This document shows positions 17,147 through 26,019 of a stretch of 32,000 nt of DNA, one piece after another (within the stretch, counting starts at the first letter, position 1; each line of letters begins with the position of its first letter). Origin of the DNA: Faecalibaculum rodentium. GTDB lineage: Bacteria; Bacillota_I; Bacilli_A; Erysipelotrichales; Erysipelotrichaceae. The position numbers and the translations under genes were made by a program. The DNA is taken from positions 180,001 to 212,000 of the forward strand of contig NZ_CP011391.1 in NCBI RefSeq assembly GCF_001564455.1, read 5' to 3'. The notes beneath the pieces are model-generated. The model searched no databases, had not been told where the DNA came from, and saw only the letters and a list, made by a program, of their open reading frames with translations.

Positions 17147-17187
17147 GGATTAAATCCAACACAATCCAACAGTGTTTGATTTAATCA
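17147..17187. repeat. Pair of operator-like palindromes spaced 30 bp apart (right pair)
   Basis: GGATTAAATCC (17147-17157, perfect) and TGATTTAATCA (17177-17187, perfect), in direct orientation relative to the left pair. A further CTGATTCAG lies at 17206-17214. Confidence 0.6.
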
Positions 17188-17276
17188 GACAAAATCCATA
17201 CAAATCTGATTCAGCGCTGCAAAACCGGTCATCGTCACCGGGCCGGCCCGCCCTCCACTGACAGACTCCACAGTCG

Positions 17277-17355
17277 GAAAAAGACAGAAAACCACCGCCC
17301 TTTTGCAGTCCCTTCACCCGCCAAGGGAAGGCAGCTGCAGCAGGACGGTGGTTTT
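17277..17355 (-). terminator. Intrinsic terminator of the ABC operon
   Basis: On the minus strand, AAAACCACCG...CGGTGGTTTT encloses an inner CCCTT/AAGGG hairpin and is followed by TTTTCTGTCTTTTT. It starts 16 nt after the permease stop. Confidence 0.7.
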
Positions 17356-17370
17356 ATCATGCAGTCAGGA

Positions 17371-18672
17371 TCACTGCCGCAGGGCAGTCACAGCCGGAAT
17401 CTTCACGGCACGGGCGGCGGGGAAGAACCCGGAGGCCAGACCGATCGCCAGGGAGAATCCCATCCCCAGCAGCGCCAGCCACCAGGGAATGGCCGACAGC
17501 TGCATGCCTGCAACCTGATTCATGCCAAAGGAAATGAGATACGACAGCACGATTCCCGCCGCGCCGCCCAGAAAGCCGATGAGCCCGGACTCCGTCAGAA
17601 ACAGCAGCCGGATGTCCCGGGTCCGGCACCCCAGGGCCTTCATGATGCCGATCTCCCGGGTCCGCTCGGTAATGGACATGATCATCGTATTGGTGATGCC
17701 GATTGCTGCCACCAGCAGGGAAATGGCACCCAGGCCCCCCAGCACCAGCTGTATGGTACGGGCCTGTTCATCCATGGATTCCCGCAGGCTCTTGTAGGAA
17801 TTCGTCATGTACCCTGCCGTTTTCAGCGACGCTTCCACATCCGGGACTTCCTCCATGTCGGCGGTCTTCACATCGATTTCGCTGTAAGTCTTTGACGGAG
17901 AAGTCATGCCAAACCGCCGGCTGGCTTCTTCCATGATTTCCTGCAGGGCTTTCTGGTCCATGATGATGCCCTCGGAGGTTTCATACCCCAGGGAATAGTT
18001 CTCCTCCAGCATCCCCACCGGCCGCAGCTGGACTTCATAGGGCTCGCCTTCCGGATCCATGGGATTGGACAGAGACAGCGTCAGTTCCGTGTTCATGGGA
18101 TCAAACCACGGAGCCGGGGCGTTTTCCGCGGTGAAGTTTCCGCTTTCGTCCATGCTGTAGCGGTCCACCATGTCTTCTCCCTCCGGACGGGCTGTATCCC
18201 GGAAACTGTAGGCCGAATACTGCCCCACCAGGACCGGAACCGCCGATGAGGTCCGGGAAAGGTTCAGGCTGCCCATCAGGGGTTTGTACCCCGCAGCTTC
18301 CAGCTCATTGCGGTCCACACCCACCACATTCGCCCAGCCAGACTGGTAACGGCCGTTGGAGGCAGTGATCCCGGACATGAAGTCACTCAGGGATTGCTTC
18401 GCGATCACGGTCTTAGCCCCGGGAGTCTCCTGAATCGTGCGCAGATCGCTGTCCTGCAGTATGCCGTCTGCCTTGCCCATGACCTGAATCAGCGTCAGGT
18501 CCCCCATGCCTGCCATCATTTCTTCGGTGGACTTCGTCAGTCCCACGCCAATGGACACCATCACGACAATGGAAGTGCAGCCGATCATGACGCCAATGGC
18601 GGTCAGGATGGTCCGGGACAGCCGCTGGCGCAGATTGTGGATGGCCAGAGACAGGATGTCAGAGGGTTTCAT
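17371..18672 (-). CDS. MacB/FtsX-type ABC transporter permease with a large extracytoplasmic domain
   Basis: MKPSDILSLAIHNLRQRLSRTILTAIGVMIGCTSIV (TM1) is followed by a ~230-aa loop and then three C-terminal TMs with the FtsX signature (REIGIMKALGCRTRDIRLLFLTES). ATG 18672 was chosen, and a TTG at 18732 is also possible. The gene overlaps the upstream gene by 14 nt. Confidence 0.88.
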   Translation of the reverse strand: MKPSDILSLAIHNLRQRLSRTILTAIGVMIGCTSIVVMVSIGVGLTKSTEEMMAGMGDLTLIQVMGKADGILQDSDLRTIQETPGAKTVIAKQSLSDFMSGITASNGRYQSGWANVVGVDRNELEAAGYKPLMGSLNLSRTSSAVPVLVGQYSAYSFRDTARPEGEDMVDRYSMDESGNFTAENAPAPWFDPMNTELTLSLSNPMDPEGEPYEVQLRPVGMLEENYSLGYETSEGIIMDQKALQEIMEEASRRFGMTSPSKTYSEIDVKTADMEEVPDVEASLKTAGYMTNSYKSLRESMDEQARTIQLVLGGLGAISLLVAAIGITNTMIMSITERTREIGIMKALGCRTRDIRLLFLTESGLIGFLGGAAGIVLSYLISFGMNQVAGMQLSAIPWWLALLGMGFSLAIGLASGFFPAARAVKIPAVTALRQ

Positions 18673-20293
18673 GGCTGTCCGGGCCGCTCTTTGGATCTTT
18701 GCTGTCGCTGTTTTCCGGTTCCGGATTGTCAAAGAGAGCCGTCACATCCCCGGGCTTCGCCAGAGTGGCTTTCTTCTTCTTTCTGCTGCGCAGCCACCAG
18801 AATGCCGCAGCCGCCAGAACGATCAGGCCTGCCGCCAGCCAGCCCCAGGGAATGGACGGCGTTTCTTCTTCCATGGGCATCATTTCGCCGCCTTCCGGTG
18901 CTGTGGGTATGTTTTCCTGCACCGGCAGTGTGAGCTCGAAGGACTTCTTCACTTCTTCCCCGGCAGTGTTTTCCCAGGCTATGACAGCCTTGAAGGTGTG
19001 ATCTCCGGCTTCCTGCGGGGTCAGAATCAGGTCGATGCTGCCCGAACGCCCGGAGTCGATGTTACCCAGGTTCTGCTTTGGACTCAGAGTCGTCATGTCG
19101 CCCTCCACATAGGCCTCCAGGTTGTACACCGTGCCCTTTCCCTTGTTGTTGTAGGGAACACTCAGGGTGTATTCCTGACCTGCCACCGCCGGGGTCAGAT
19201 CCTTTGGCGCCTCCAGCTCAAACCGGTCCGGTTCCGTGACTGGGATGGCAATGCGCTCCTGTGCGGTTTTCTCCAGACGCTGGTCTCCATCCACATACTC
19301 ATAGGTGAAGCTCACTGTGCAGGAGGGTGAAGAACTCTTGTCCATGTTCAGGGCCTTCATGGGTATTTTCTGCGAACGGACAGCCCCGGCGCCCAGGTTC
19401 TCGAAGAAGAATGTGTTGCTGGAATTGGTGATGGTCAGCCCCTCTTCCGTTTCCACGCTCATGAGGATATTTTCCACAGCCAGGGATTTGGAGGTGTTCC
19501 GGAATTCGATGGAGAGATCGAATTTCTTTCCTGCCTGCACAGACTCCCCACCATAGGTGTACTTCGAAATGATGATATGCGGCGTGGCGGTCTGGATCTT
19601 CACCGGCTCCGAACCCTCGCCGCCGTAGGATCCCCCGAAGCCGCCATAGGCATCCCCGCCATCTGTTCCGGGATCGGTCTGTGTGCCGTTTTCCGGATTC
19701 TGTTCCGGGTCCTGGCGATCTGCCTCTTTCTCCGAAACTTCATAAATCCGCACATCCTTGCGGGCTGCACCGCCGGCGGTCTCCAGGGTGAAGGCAAAGT
19801 TGTCCTCCTTGCCCCGCCAGGCCACATCCTCAAAAGTCACCTCCAGACGCAGGGGCTTGTCCTGCTGTGAAGCCAGTGTGATCACCGGTGTGCCACCCTT
19901 GAAGGCATCCGACAAGCGGGTCACGGCCAGGTTTTCCGGATCTTTTCCCGGCTGTGATGGCGTGAAGGCCGAAGTCGGACGGGGAGAAGTCAGAGTCAGT
20001 TTCAGGTCGGCTCTCTGCCCCTTTTCCCAGGCATCGGACTCTTTGCCTTCAATGAAGACCCGGATATCGGAAATGCTCACAAGCCCGGCCAGGTTCTCCT
20101 TCTGATCCTGTCCGTCCGTTCCCGGATTCTTTGTGTCAGCCGGATCTGTGGCCGGTGTCTTTGTCTCTTCTGTTGTTTCGCGTTCAGGCTGCGGGTGCGC
20201 ATTCTGTGCCATGACAGGCATGACCGGAACGGCCAGCAGAGCCGCCAGCGCCAGGGCGCTCAGTCGTTTTTGTGTTCTGTATGCTGATTCCAT
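18659..20293 (-). CDS. Secreted, C-terminally membrane-anchored surface protein with Ig-like (CARDB/COG1361-like) repeats; ABC-associated
   Basis: It has a signal peptide (KRLSALALAALLAVPVMPVMAQN), acidic T/P/E/D linkers and a G/Y-rich linker. Two beta-rich modules follow (KYTYGGESVQAGKKFDLSIEFRNTS..., AVAGQEYTLSVPYNNKGKGTVYNLEAYVEG...). The C-terminus has a TM WGWLAAGLIVLAAAAFWWL followed by RSRKKKK. The domain family assignment is by eye only. Confidence 0.75.
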   Translation of the reverse strand: MESAYRTQKRLSALALAALLAVPVMPVMAQNAHPQPERETTEETKTPATDPADTKNPGTDGQDQKENLAGLVSISDIRVFIEGKESDAWEKGQRADLKLTLTSPRPTSAFTPSQPGKDPENLAVTRLSDAFKGGTPVITLASQQDKPLRLEVTFEDVAWRGKEDNFAFTLETAGGAARKDVRIYEVSEKEADRQDPEQNPENGTQTDPGTDGGDAYGGFGGSYGGEGSEPVKIQTATPHIIISKYTYGGESVQAGKKFDLSIEFRNTSKSLAVENILMSVETEEGLTITNSSNTFFFENLGAGAVRSQKIPMKALNMDKSSSPSCTVSFTYEYVDGDQRLEKTAQERIAIPVTEPDRFELEAPKDLTPAVAGQEYTLSVPYNNKGKGTVYNLEAYVEGDMTTLSPKQNLGNIDSGRSGSIDLILTPQEAGDHTFKAVIAWENTAGEEVKKSFELTLPVQENIPTAPEGGEMMPMEEETPSIPWGWLAAGLIVLAAAAFWWLRSRKKKKATLAKPGDVTALFDNPEPENSDSKDPKSGPDSHETL

Positions 20294-20982
20294 GTTTCCT
20301 CCACAATGTTTCCGTCTTTCAGTGTGATGATGTGATCTGCCCAGGCTGCGGCGTCCGGGTCGTGACTGACGATGACGATCGTCTTGCCCGACTGCCGGGA
20401 AAACCGGTGCATCATCTCCATCACCGCCCGGGAACTCTTCGAGTCCAGGTTCCCCGTGGGCTCATCCGCGAAAATGATCTCCGGGTCCGTGATGAAGGCC
20501 CGGGCAATCCCGGCACGCTGCTGCTGGCCCCCGGACATCTGACCGGGTTTGTGACGCATGCGGTCTTCCAGGCCCACTGCCTTAAGCAAAGCGGCGGCTT
20601 TTGCCTCTCTTGTATTCCGGCTGATGCCTTCAAAGAGCAGCGGAAGCGCCGTGTTTTCCAGCAGGCTGAGATGCGGCAGCAGATTGTAGGACTGGAAAAT
20701 GAAGCCCATGTGCCGCCGGCGGAAATCCGTCAGCTGTGTCTGGTCCAGCAGGTTGATGATCGTGCCGTCTATGCGGACAGCGCCGGACGTGGCCGGTTCC
20801 AGTCCCGCCAGCTGATTGAGCAGGGTGCTTTTCCCTGAACCGCTGGGTCCGAAGATGCAGCAGATTTCCCCCCTTGCAATGTCCAGGGAGACATCGTCCA
20901 GTGCCACCACCGGATCATCCTCCACCGGGTATTCCCGCCGCAGGTGCCGGACTTCAATGATGGGCTGCGGTGTGTTGTTCAT
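20260..20982 (-). CDS. ABC transporter ATP-binding protein (MacB/LolD-like)
   Basis: ATG 20982 is preceded by GAAAGGGA. It carries Walker A GPSGSGKST, the signature MSGGQQQR and Walker B IIFADEPT. It overlaps the next gene by 34 nt. Confidence 0.93.
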   Translation of the reverse strand: MNNTPQPIIEVRHLRREYPVEDDPVVALDDVSLDIARGEICCIFGPSGSGKSTLLNQLAGLEPATSGAVRIDGTIINLLDQTQLTDFRRRHMGFIFQSYNLLPHLSLLENTALPLLFEGISRNTREAKAAALLKAVGLEDRMRHKPGQMSGGQQQRAGIARAFITDPEIIFADEPTGNLDSKSSRAVMEMMHRFSRQSGKTIVIVSHDPDAAAWADHIITLKDGNIVEETWNQHTEHKND

Positions 20983-21238
20983 AGTGATCCCTTTCTTCCT
21001 GTCTGGTGAGGACGCCGGCTCCGGTGTCACCGGAGGCCGTACGTGTGTCATATACAGCGTACCGTCCGCAGGACCTGCTTTTTCTTAAAAACTTTCAAAG
21101 TTTCCGGCATAGTCTGTCAAGTAAGAGAGCATCTGGCGGATCTGTGATGCTGCGGTCCGTGCAATCCGGGGAGCAGTCTGTGTATCCGGACCGGAAAATG
21201 GCAGACGGATGCAAAATTCAGGGCCGGGGCAAGGTATA

Positions 21239-22630
21239 ATGAAACGTATGAGACAAGCCACACTGTTTGACATGACAGACGAATCCCGGGAATCTCCTGT
21301 GCAGGAATCTGCCAGGGATGGAAATGCGAACGCCCCCCTGGCCGACCGCATGCGGCCCGTGACCCTGGAGGACTACATGGGGCAGGAAGCCCTGGTCGGT
21401 GAGGGCCATGCACTCCGGCAGATGATCGAATCCGATGCCGTCACCTCCATGATTCTCTGGGGACCCCCGGGGGTGGGAAAAACCACCCTGGCCCGGATCA
21501 TTGCCCATGGCACGAAGTCACGCTTCGTGAACTTCTCCGCCGTCAACACCGGGGTGAAGGACATCCGCCTCATCATGAAAGAAGCACAGGAGGCCCGGGA
21601 TGCGGGCATTCCCACGATTCTGTTTGTCGACGAGATCCACCGCTTCAACAAATCCCAGCAGGATGCCTTTCTGCCCTATGTGGAAAGCGGGCTGATCACA
21701 CTCATTGGCGCGACGACTGAAAATCCCAGCTTTGAGCTCAATTCCGCTCTGCTCTCCCGGTGCCGGGTGTTCACACTCGAGGGGCTGAAAAAGGAAGACC
21801 TGAAGAAGCTCCTGGAACGGGCATTGAAGGATCCGGCAGGGCTTGGAACCATGCAGGTGCACATCACGCCGGAACAGATCGACAAAATTGCCGGTTATGC
21901 CCATGGGGATGCCAGGTTCTGCCTCAACACCCTGGAAATGGCGGTAAAGTCCTCGCCCCAGGATATGGAAGGCGTGCACATCACGGATGAGATCCTGAGC
22001 CAGACGCTGTCCCGGAAATCCATGATGTACGACAAGGACGGCGAAGAGCACTACAATGTGATTTCCGCCTTCCACAAATCGGTCCGCAACTCCGATCCCG
22101 ACGCCGCGCTGTACTGGCTGGCCCGCATGCTGGAAGCCGGGGAGAATCCCCTGTACCCCGCGAGGCGGATGATCCGCATGGCGAGCGAAGACATCGGGAT
22201 GGCAGATTCCCGGGCGATGCAGATCGCCATTGCGGCGTATCAGGCTGCCAGCTATCTGGGGATGCCGGAATGCAATGTGCATCTGGCGCACTGTGCGGTG
22301 TATCTGTCCCTGGCCCCGAAATCCAATGAAATGGAGAATGCCTACTTTGCAGCCCGGGATGATGCCAGGGCCACGCTCGACCAGCCTGTGCCTCTGCATC
22401 TGCGCAACGCCGAGACCCGGCTCATGAAGGACCTGGGATACGGGGACGGCTATGAATACTCCCACAACTATCCCCACCGCATGACAGATATGGTGTGTCT
22501 GCCGGAGGGACTGAAGAACCGGACCTATTATCATCCATCGGATCAGGGATCGGAGGCGGCGGTCCGGCGGCGGATTGCGCAGATACACGCCATAAAACAG
22601 GAATATGCACGCAGCAGGAGGAAGAAATGA
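21239..22630 (+). CDS. rarA: Replication-associated recombination protein A (AAA+ ATPase)
   Basis: [18 protein letters not shown], Walker A [9 protein letters not shown] and Walker B [11 protein letters not shown] are present, with a MgsA C-terminal domain ([26 protein letters not shown]). The start is ambiguous between ATG 21209, 21239 and 21248. Confidence 0.9.
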   Translation: [463 protein letters not shown]

Positions 22631-23106
22631 TCAGAGAAATTCATTCGCTGCAGGAAACCGCTCAGTTTGCGGAAGAACTTGCACAGAAAATACAGAACCA
22701 TACCGTGACCCTGTGTCTGGACGGCGACCTGGGGGCGGGGAAGACCACCTTCACCAAGTCCCTGGGTCGTGCGCTGGGTGTGAAGTCCGTCATCAACAGC
22801 CCGACGTTCACGATCATGAAAAACTACACCGACGGCGCAGGGAATCCCTTCACGCACATCGATGCCTACCGCCTGGAGGGCGCCGGACAGGATCTGGGGT
22901 TCGACGAAGTGTTCGACGAAGGCATCAGTGTGGTGGAATGGTCGCAGTACATCCCGGACCAGCTCCCGGCGGACACCATCCGCATTGCGATCACCCAGGG
23001 AACCGGGGAAGACCGGACGTTTGACGTGACGGGCACCGGTGTCTGGGCAGCTGTGTTTGCACCGGAAACCGCGCAGGCCGATGCCGGAAAGGAGACAGTC
23101 GCATGA
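22627..23106 (+). CDS. tsaE: tRNA t6A37 biosynthesis ATPase TsaE
   Basis: ATGA overlap with the rarA stop. Motifs LDGDLGAGKTTFTK, SPTFTI and HIDAYRL are present. Confidence 0.9.
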   Translation: MIREIHSLQETAQFAEELAQKIQNHTVTLCLDGDLGAGKTTFTKSLGRALGVKSVINSPTFTIMKNYTDGAGNPFTHIDAYRLEGAGQDLGFDEVFDEGISVVEWSQYIPDQLPADTIRIAITQGTGEDRTFDVTGTGVWAAVFAPETAQADAGKETVA

Positions 23107-23738
23107 TCACACTGGCCATGGATACCGCCTACCGCCACCTGACTGTGGGGCTCTTTGAGGACACGAAGCTGCTGGCGGGCACAAGCTTTGAATGCTTCAA
23201 GAAACAGAGCGAGAATCTCTTCCCGGAACTGGAGAAGGCGCTGGAGAAGGCAGGGCTCACGATGCAGGACATCGACCAGGTGGTCATCACCGACGGACCC
23301 GGCAGCTATACCGGGGTGCGTATTGCGATGACGGTGGCGAAGGTGCTGGCCAGCCAGAGGCAGATCCCGCTGTACACCATCAGCACCCTGCAGCTCTATG
23401 CGGGGACAGCGCCGGCTGTGAACGTGCTCCTGGATGCCCGGGGCCACAGAGCCTATGCGGGGCATGTGGAAAACGGCGTGCTGACTGAACCGGAAACGAT
23501 CCTGACCGAGGCGGAGTACCGGAAATTCCTGGACAGCCACCCGGGGAGCCTCATGGGAGACGTGCCGGTGGAAGGAACAGAACCGGTGCATCCGGACTTC
23601 CTGCAGAACTTCATCGACCTGCAGGCACAGTGGGTGCCTGTCAAAAACGTTCATGCGGCTGTGCCCCGGTATCTGAAGGAATCCGATGCCTACAAAACAG
23701 CCCCGGCAGCCGCCGTTGCGGAGTCCCATGCAGGCTGA
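23103..23738 (+). CDS. tsaB: tRNA t6A37 biosynthesis protein TsaB
   Basis: ATGA overlap with tsaE. LAMDTA...GPGSYTGVRIAMTVAK is present. It sits between tsaE and rimI/tsaD. Confidence 0.88.
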   Translation: MITLAMDTAYRHLTVGLFEDTKLLAGTSFECFKKQSENLFPELEKALEKAGLTMQDIDQVVITDGPGSYTGVRIAMTVAKVLASQRQIPLYTISTLQLYAGTAPAVNVLLDARGHRAYAGHVENGVLTEPETILTEAEYRKFLDSHPGSLMGDVPVEGTEPVHPDFLQNFIDLQAQWVPVKNVHAAVPRYLKESDAYKTAPAAAVAESHAG

Positions 23739-24225
23739 GGCACAGACTCTGGTCCTGCAGGAAGCGGGTCCGGAGGATGTGGACCGGTTGACGGCCATGG
23801 AAGCCGCCTGTTTTGCCCTGCCCTGGACCAGGGACAATGTGGCGGGGGAGATGGAAAGCAATCCCTTCAGCCACGGCTGGTTCCTGGTGCGCGCCGGTGG
23901 GGATGGCATGTCGGGGGAGGCTGTGGCGTATGCCTTCATGTGGGAGACCTTCGAAACGGCACAGATTGCCCGGATCGGCGTACTGCCGCCATTCCGCCAG
24001 CAGGGGCTGGGGCTGAAGTTTCTGGCGCTGCTCAAGGAACGGGCAGCGGGTTCGGGCTGCGAGTTTCTGCGGCTGGAAATGCGGGCCTCCAATGAAGCGG
24101 CGAGAAAACTGTACGAAAAAGCCGGCCTGATCCAGGCTGGTGTGACGAAACGATATTATTCGGATGGGGAAGACGCCATATCCATGGTGGCGGCCCTGGA
24201 AAGCGAGGAAACGACATGCTGGTGA
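23728..24225 (+). CDS. rimI: Ribosomal-protein-alanine N-acetyltransferase (GNAT)
   Basis: ATG 23728 overlaps tsaB by 11 nt. The GNAT core is IGVLPPFRQQGLG...LEMRASNEAARKLYEKAG. The tsaB-rimI-tsaD context is canonical. Confidence 0.85.
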   Translation: MQAEAQTLVLQEAGPEDVDRLTAMEAACFALPWTRDNVAGEMESNPFSHGWFLVRAGGDGMSGEAVAYAFMWETFETAQIARIGVLPPFRQQGLGLKFLALLKERAAGSGCEFLRLEMRASNEAARKLYEKAGLIQAGVTKRYYSDGEDAISMVAALESEETTCW

Positions 24226-25217
24226 TCGGCATTGAAAGCAGCTGCGACGAAACCGCAGCAGCGGTGGTCAGAGACAAAAAGGAGATCCTGTCTTCGGTGA
24301 TTGCCTCTCAGATCGACACGCACAAGGCCTTTGGCGGGGTGGTGCCGGAGGTGGCGAGCCGGATCCATGTGGAGAACATCTCCGGTGTGATACAGCAGGC
24401 CATTGACGAAGCGGGCATTTCCATGGAGGACGTGGATGCGGTGGCCGTCACAGCGGGACCCGGTCTGGTGGGGTGCCTGCATGTGGGTGTGCAGGGTGCG
24501 AAGACCCTGGCGGCGGTGTGGAACAAGCCGCTGATCCCGGTTCACCACCTGGCGGGACACATCTACGCCAATGAACTGGTGACGGATCTGCAGTTTCCGC
24601 TGGTGGCACTGGTGGTCTCCGGCGGCAACTCCGAGCTGGTGTACATGAAGGATGAAAACTCCTTCGAGATCCTGGGCCAGACCCAGGATGACGCCATTGG
24701 CGAGGCCTACGACAAAGTCGCCCGGGTCATGGGTCTGGGCTATCCGGGCGGACCGGTGATCGACAAGCTGGCACAGCAGGGCAAGGCAGTGTATGACCTG
24801 CCGGAGCCGAAGACGCAGGGCCGCTATGATTTCAGTTTCTCGGGCCTGAAGTCCGGGGTGCTGCAGTTCATCAAACGCTGTGAGCGAAAAGGCCAGACCT
24901 TCACACAGGAGGACCTGGCGGCGAGCTTCCAGAAAGCTGCCCTGGATGAAGTCTTCGACCGGGTGAAGCTGGTGCTGGAAGACCACCCGGAAGTGAAGCA
25001 GTTTGTGGTGGGCGGCGGCGTATCCGCCAACTCCGGTCTGCGGGCCCGGGTCGACGAACTTCGCCAGGAATACCCGGACAAGACCTTCACCGTGCCCCCC
25101 ATGCGCTGCTGCACCGACAATGCGGCGATGATTGCCGTGGCAGGAGAAATTGCGGCAGAACAGGGGCGTGTGGCCGATGCCCGGCTCACGGCGGATCCCG
25201 GGTGGGAAATCTGCTGA
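24216..25217 (+). CDS. tsaD: tRNA N6-adenosine threonylcarbamoyltransferase TsaD
   Basis: IGIESSCDETAAAVV, HHLAGHI, VSGGNSEL and GGVSANSGLR are present. Length is 333 aa. Confidence 0.95.
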   Translation: MLVIGIESSCDETAAAVVRDKKEILSSVIASQIDTHKAFGGVVPEVASRIHVENISGVIQQAIDEAGISMEDVDAVAVTAGPGLVGCLHVGVQGAKTLAAVWNKPLIPVHHLAGHIYANELVTDLQFPLVALVVSGGNSELVYMKDENSFEILGQTQDDAIGEAYDKVARVMGLGYPGGPVIDKLAQQGKAVYDLPEPKTQGRYDFSFSGLKSGVLQFIKRCERKGQTFTQEDLAASFQKAALDEVFDRVKLVLEDHPEVKQFVVGGGVSANSGLRARVDELRQEYPDKTFTVPPMRCCTDNAAMIAVAGEIAAEQGRVADARLTADPGWEIC

Positions 25218-25293
25218 GGAAAGACCCGGCAAGGGTATTCAAAGGCCGGTGGCTCACGGTATCATGAACAGTACGAGACCAGGAGGACAGGGT

Positions 25294-26019
25294 ATGGATG
25301 AATGCAGGCAGACTGCGGCGCCTCTGGACGCATCGCAGATACAGGCGGTCATTTTCGATATGGACGGCCTGATGTTCGACACCGAATCAATGTTTCTCAA
25401 AGTGCTGCCGGAAATCGGCATTGCCAATGGATTTGACCTGCCGCCGGCTGCGGCCCGAGCCATGATGGGCTGCGACAGCCGGAAAGCGGTGGAGCTGGAG
25501 GACCGGTATCCGGGGCTGGATCAGTGCCTGAACGGGGAGTATACGCCCAACCGGCTGAAGTATTTTTTCGAAATGTTCCCCGCACCGGGATCGGCGGACA
25601 AGCCGGGATTAGGGGAACTGACGGCATGGCTGGAAGAAGCGAAGATCCCCTATGCGGTGGCCAGCAGCAGCACGCGCAATGACATCATGGCCTTTCTCGG
25701 CCATGCGTCCAGGACCCTGCACCCTGCGGCGGTGCTGTCGGGCAAGGAAGGCTTCAAATCCAAGCCGGACCCGGACATCTTCCTGGCGGCGGCCATGGAA
25801 CTGGGCTGCGATCCTGCCCATGCCCTGGTGCTGGAAGATTCCGCCCATGGCGTGAAAGCCGCAAAGGACGGGGGCTTTCCCTGCATCTGGATCCCGGATG
25901 TGGTCCAGCCCGATGAAGAAATGAAGCAGAACATTCAGATGGAGCTGCCGGACCTGGCAGCGGTGAAGGACTGGCTGAAAGCAGCCCGTGACAACAGACA
26001 GGAAAAGGAAGGTAAGTAA
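25294..26019 (+). CDS. HAD-superfamily hydrolase (beta-phosphoglucomutase/phosphatase-like, subfamily IA)
   Basis: ATG 25294 is preceded by AGGAGGA. HAD motif I is [13 protein letters not shown], motif II is ASSS, and motifs III/IV are K...[14 protein letters not shown]. Confidence 0.85.
   Translation: MDECRQTAAPLDASQIQAVIFDMDGLMFDTESMFLKVLPEIGIANGFDLPPAAARAMMGCDSRKAVELEDRYPGLDQCLNGEYTPNRLKYFFEMFPAPGSADKPGLGELTAWLEEAKIPYAVASSSTRNDIMAFLGHASRTLHPAAVLSGKEGFKSKPDPDIFLAAAMELGCDPAHALVLEDSAHGVKAAKDGGFPCIWIPDVVQPDEEMKQNIQMELPDLAAVKDWLKAARDNRQEKEGK

Noticed and set aside
21518-25232. Long minus-strand ORFs (21518-22588, 22866-24092, 24156-25232) opposite rarA, tsaE/tsaB/rimI and tsaD
   Set aside because: All are antisense to well-supported genes. 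They have a high-GC third-position mirror effect and no RBS or motifs.
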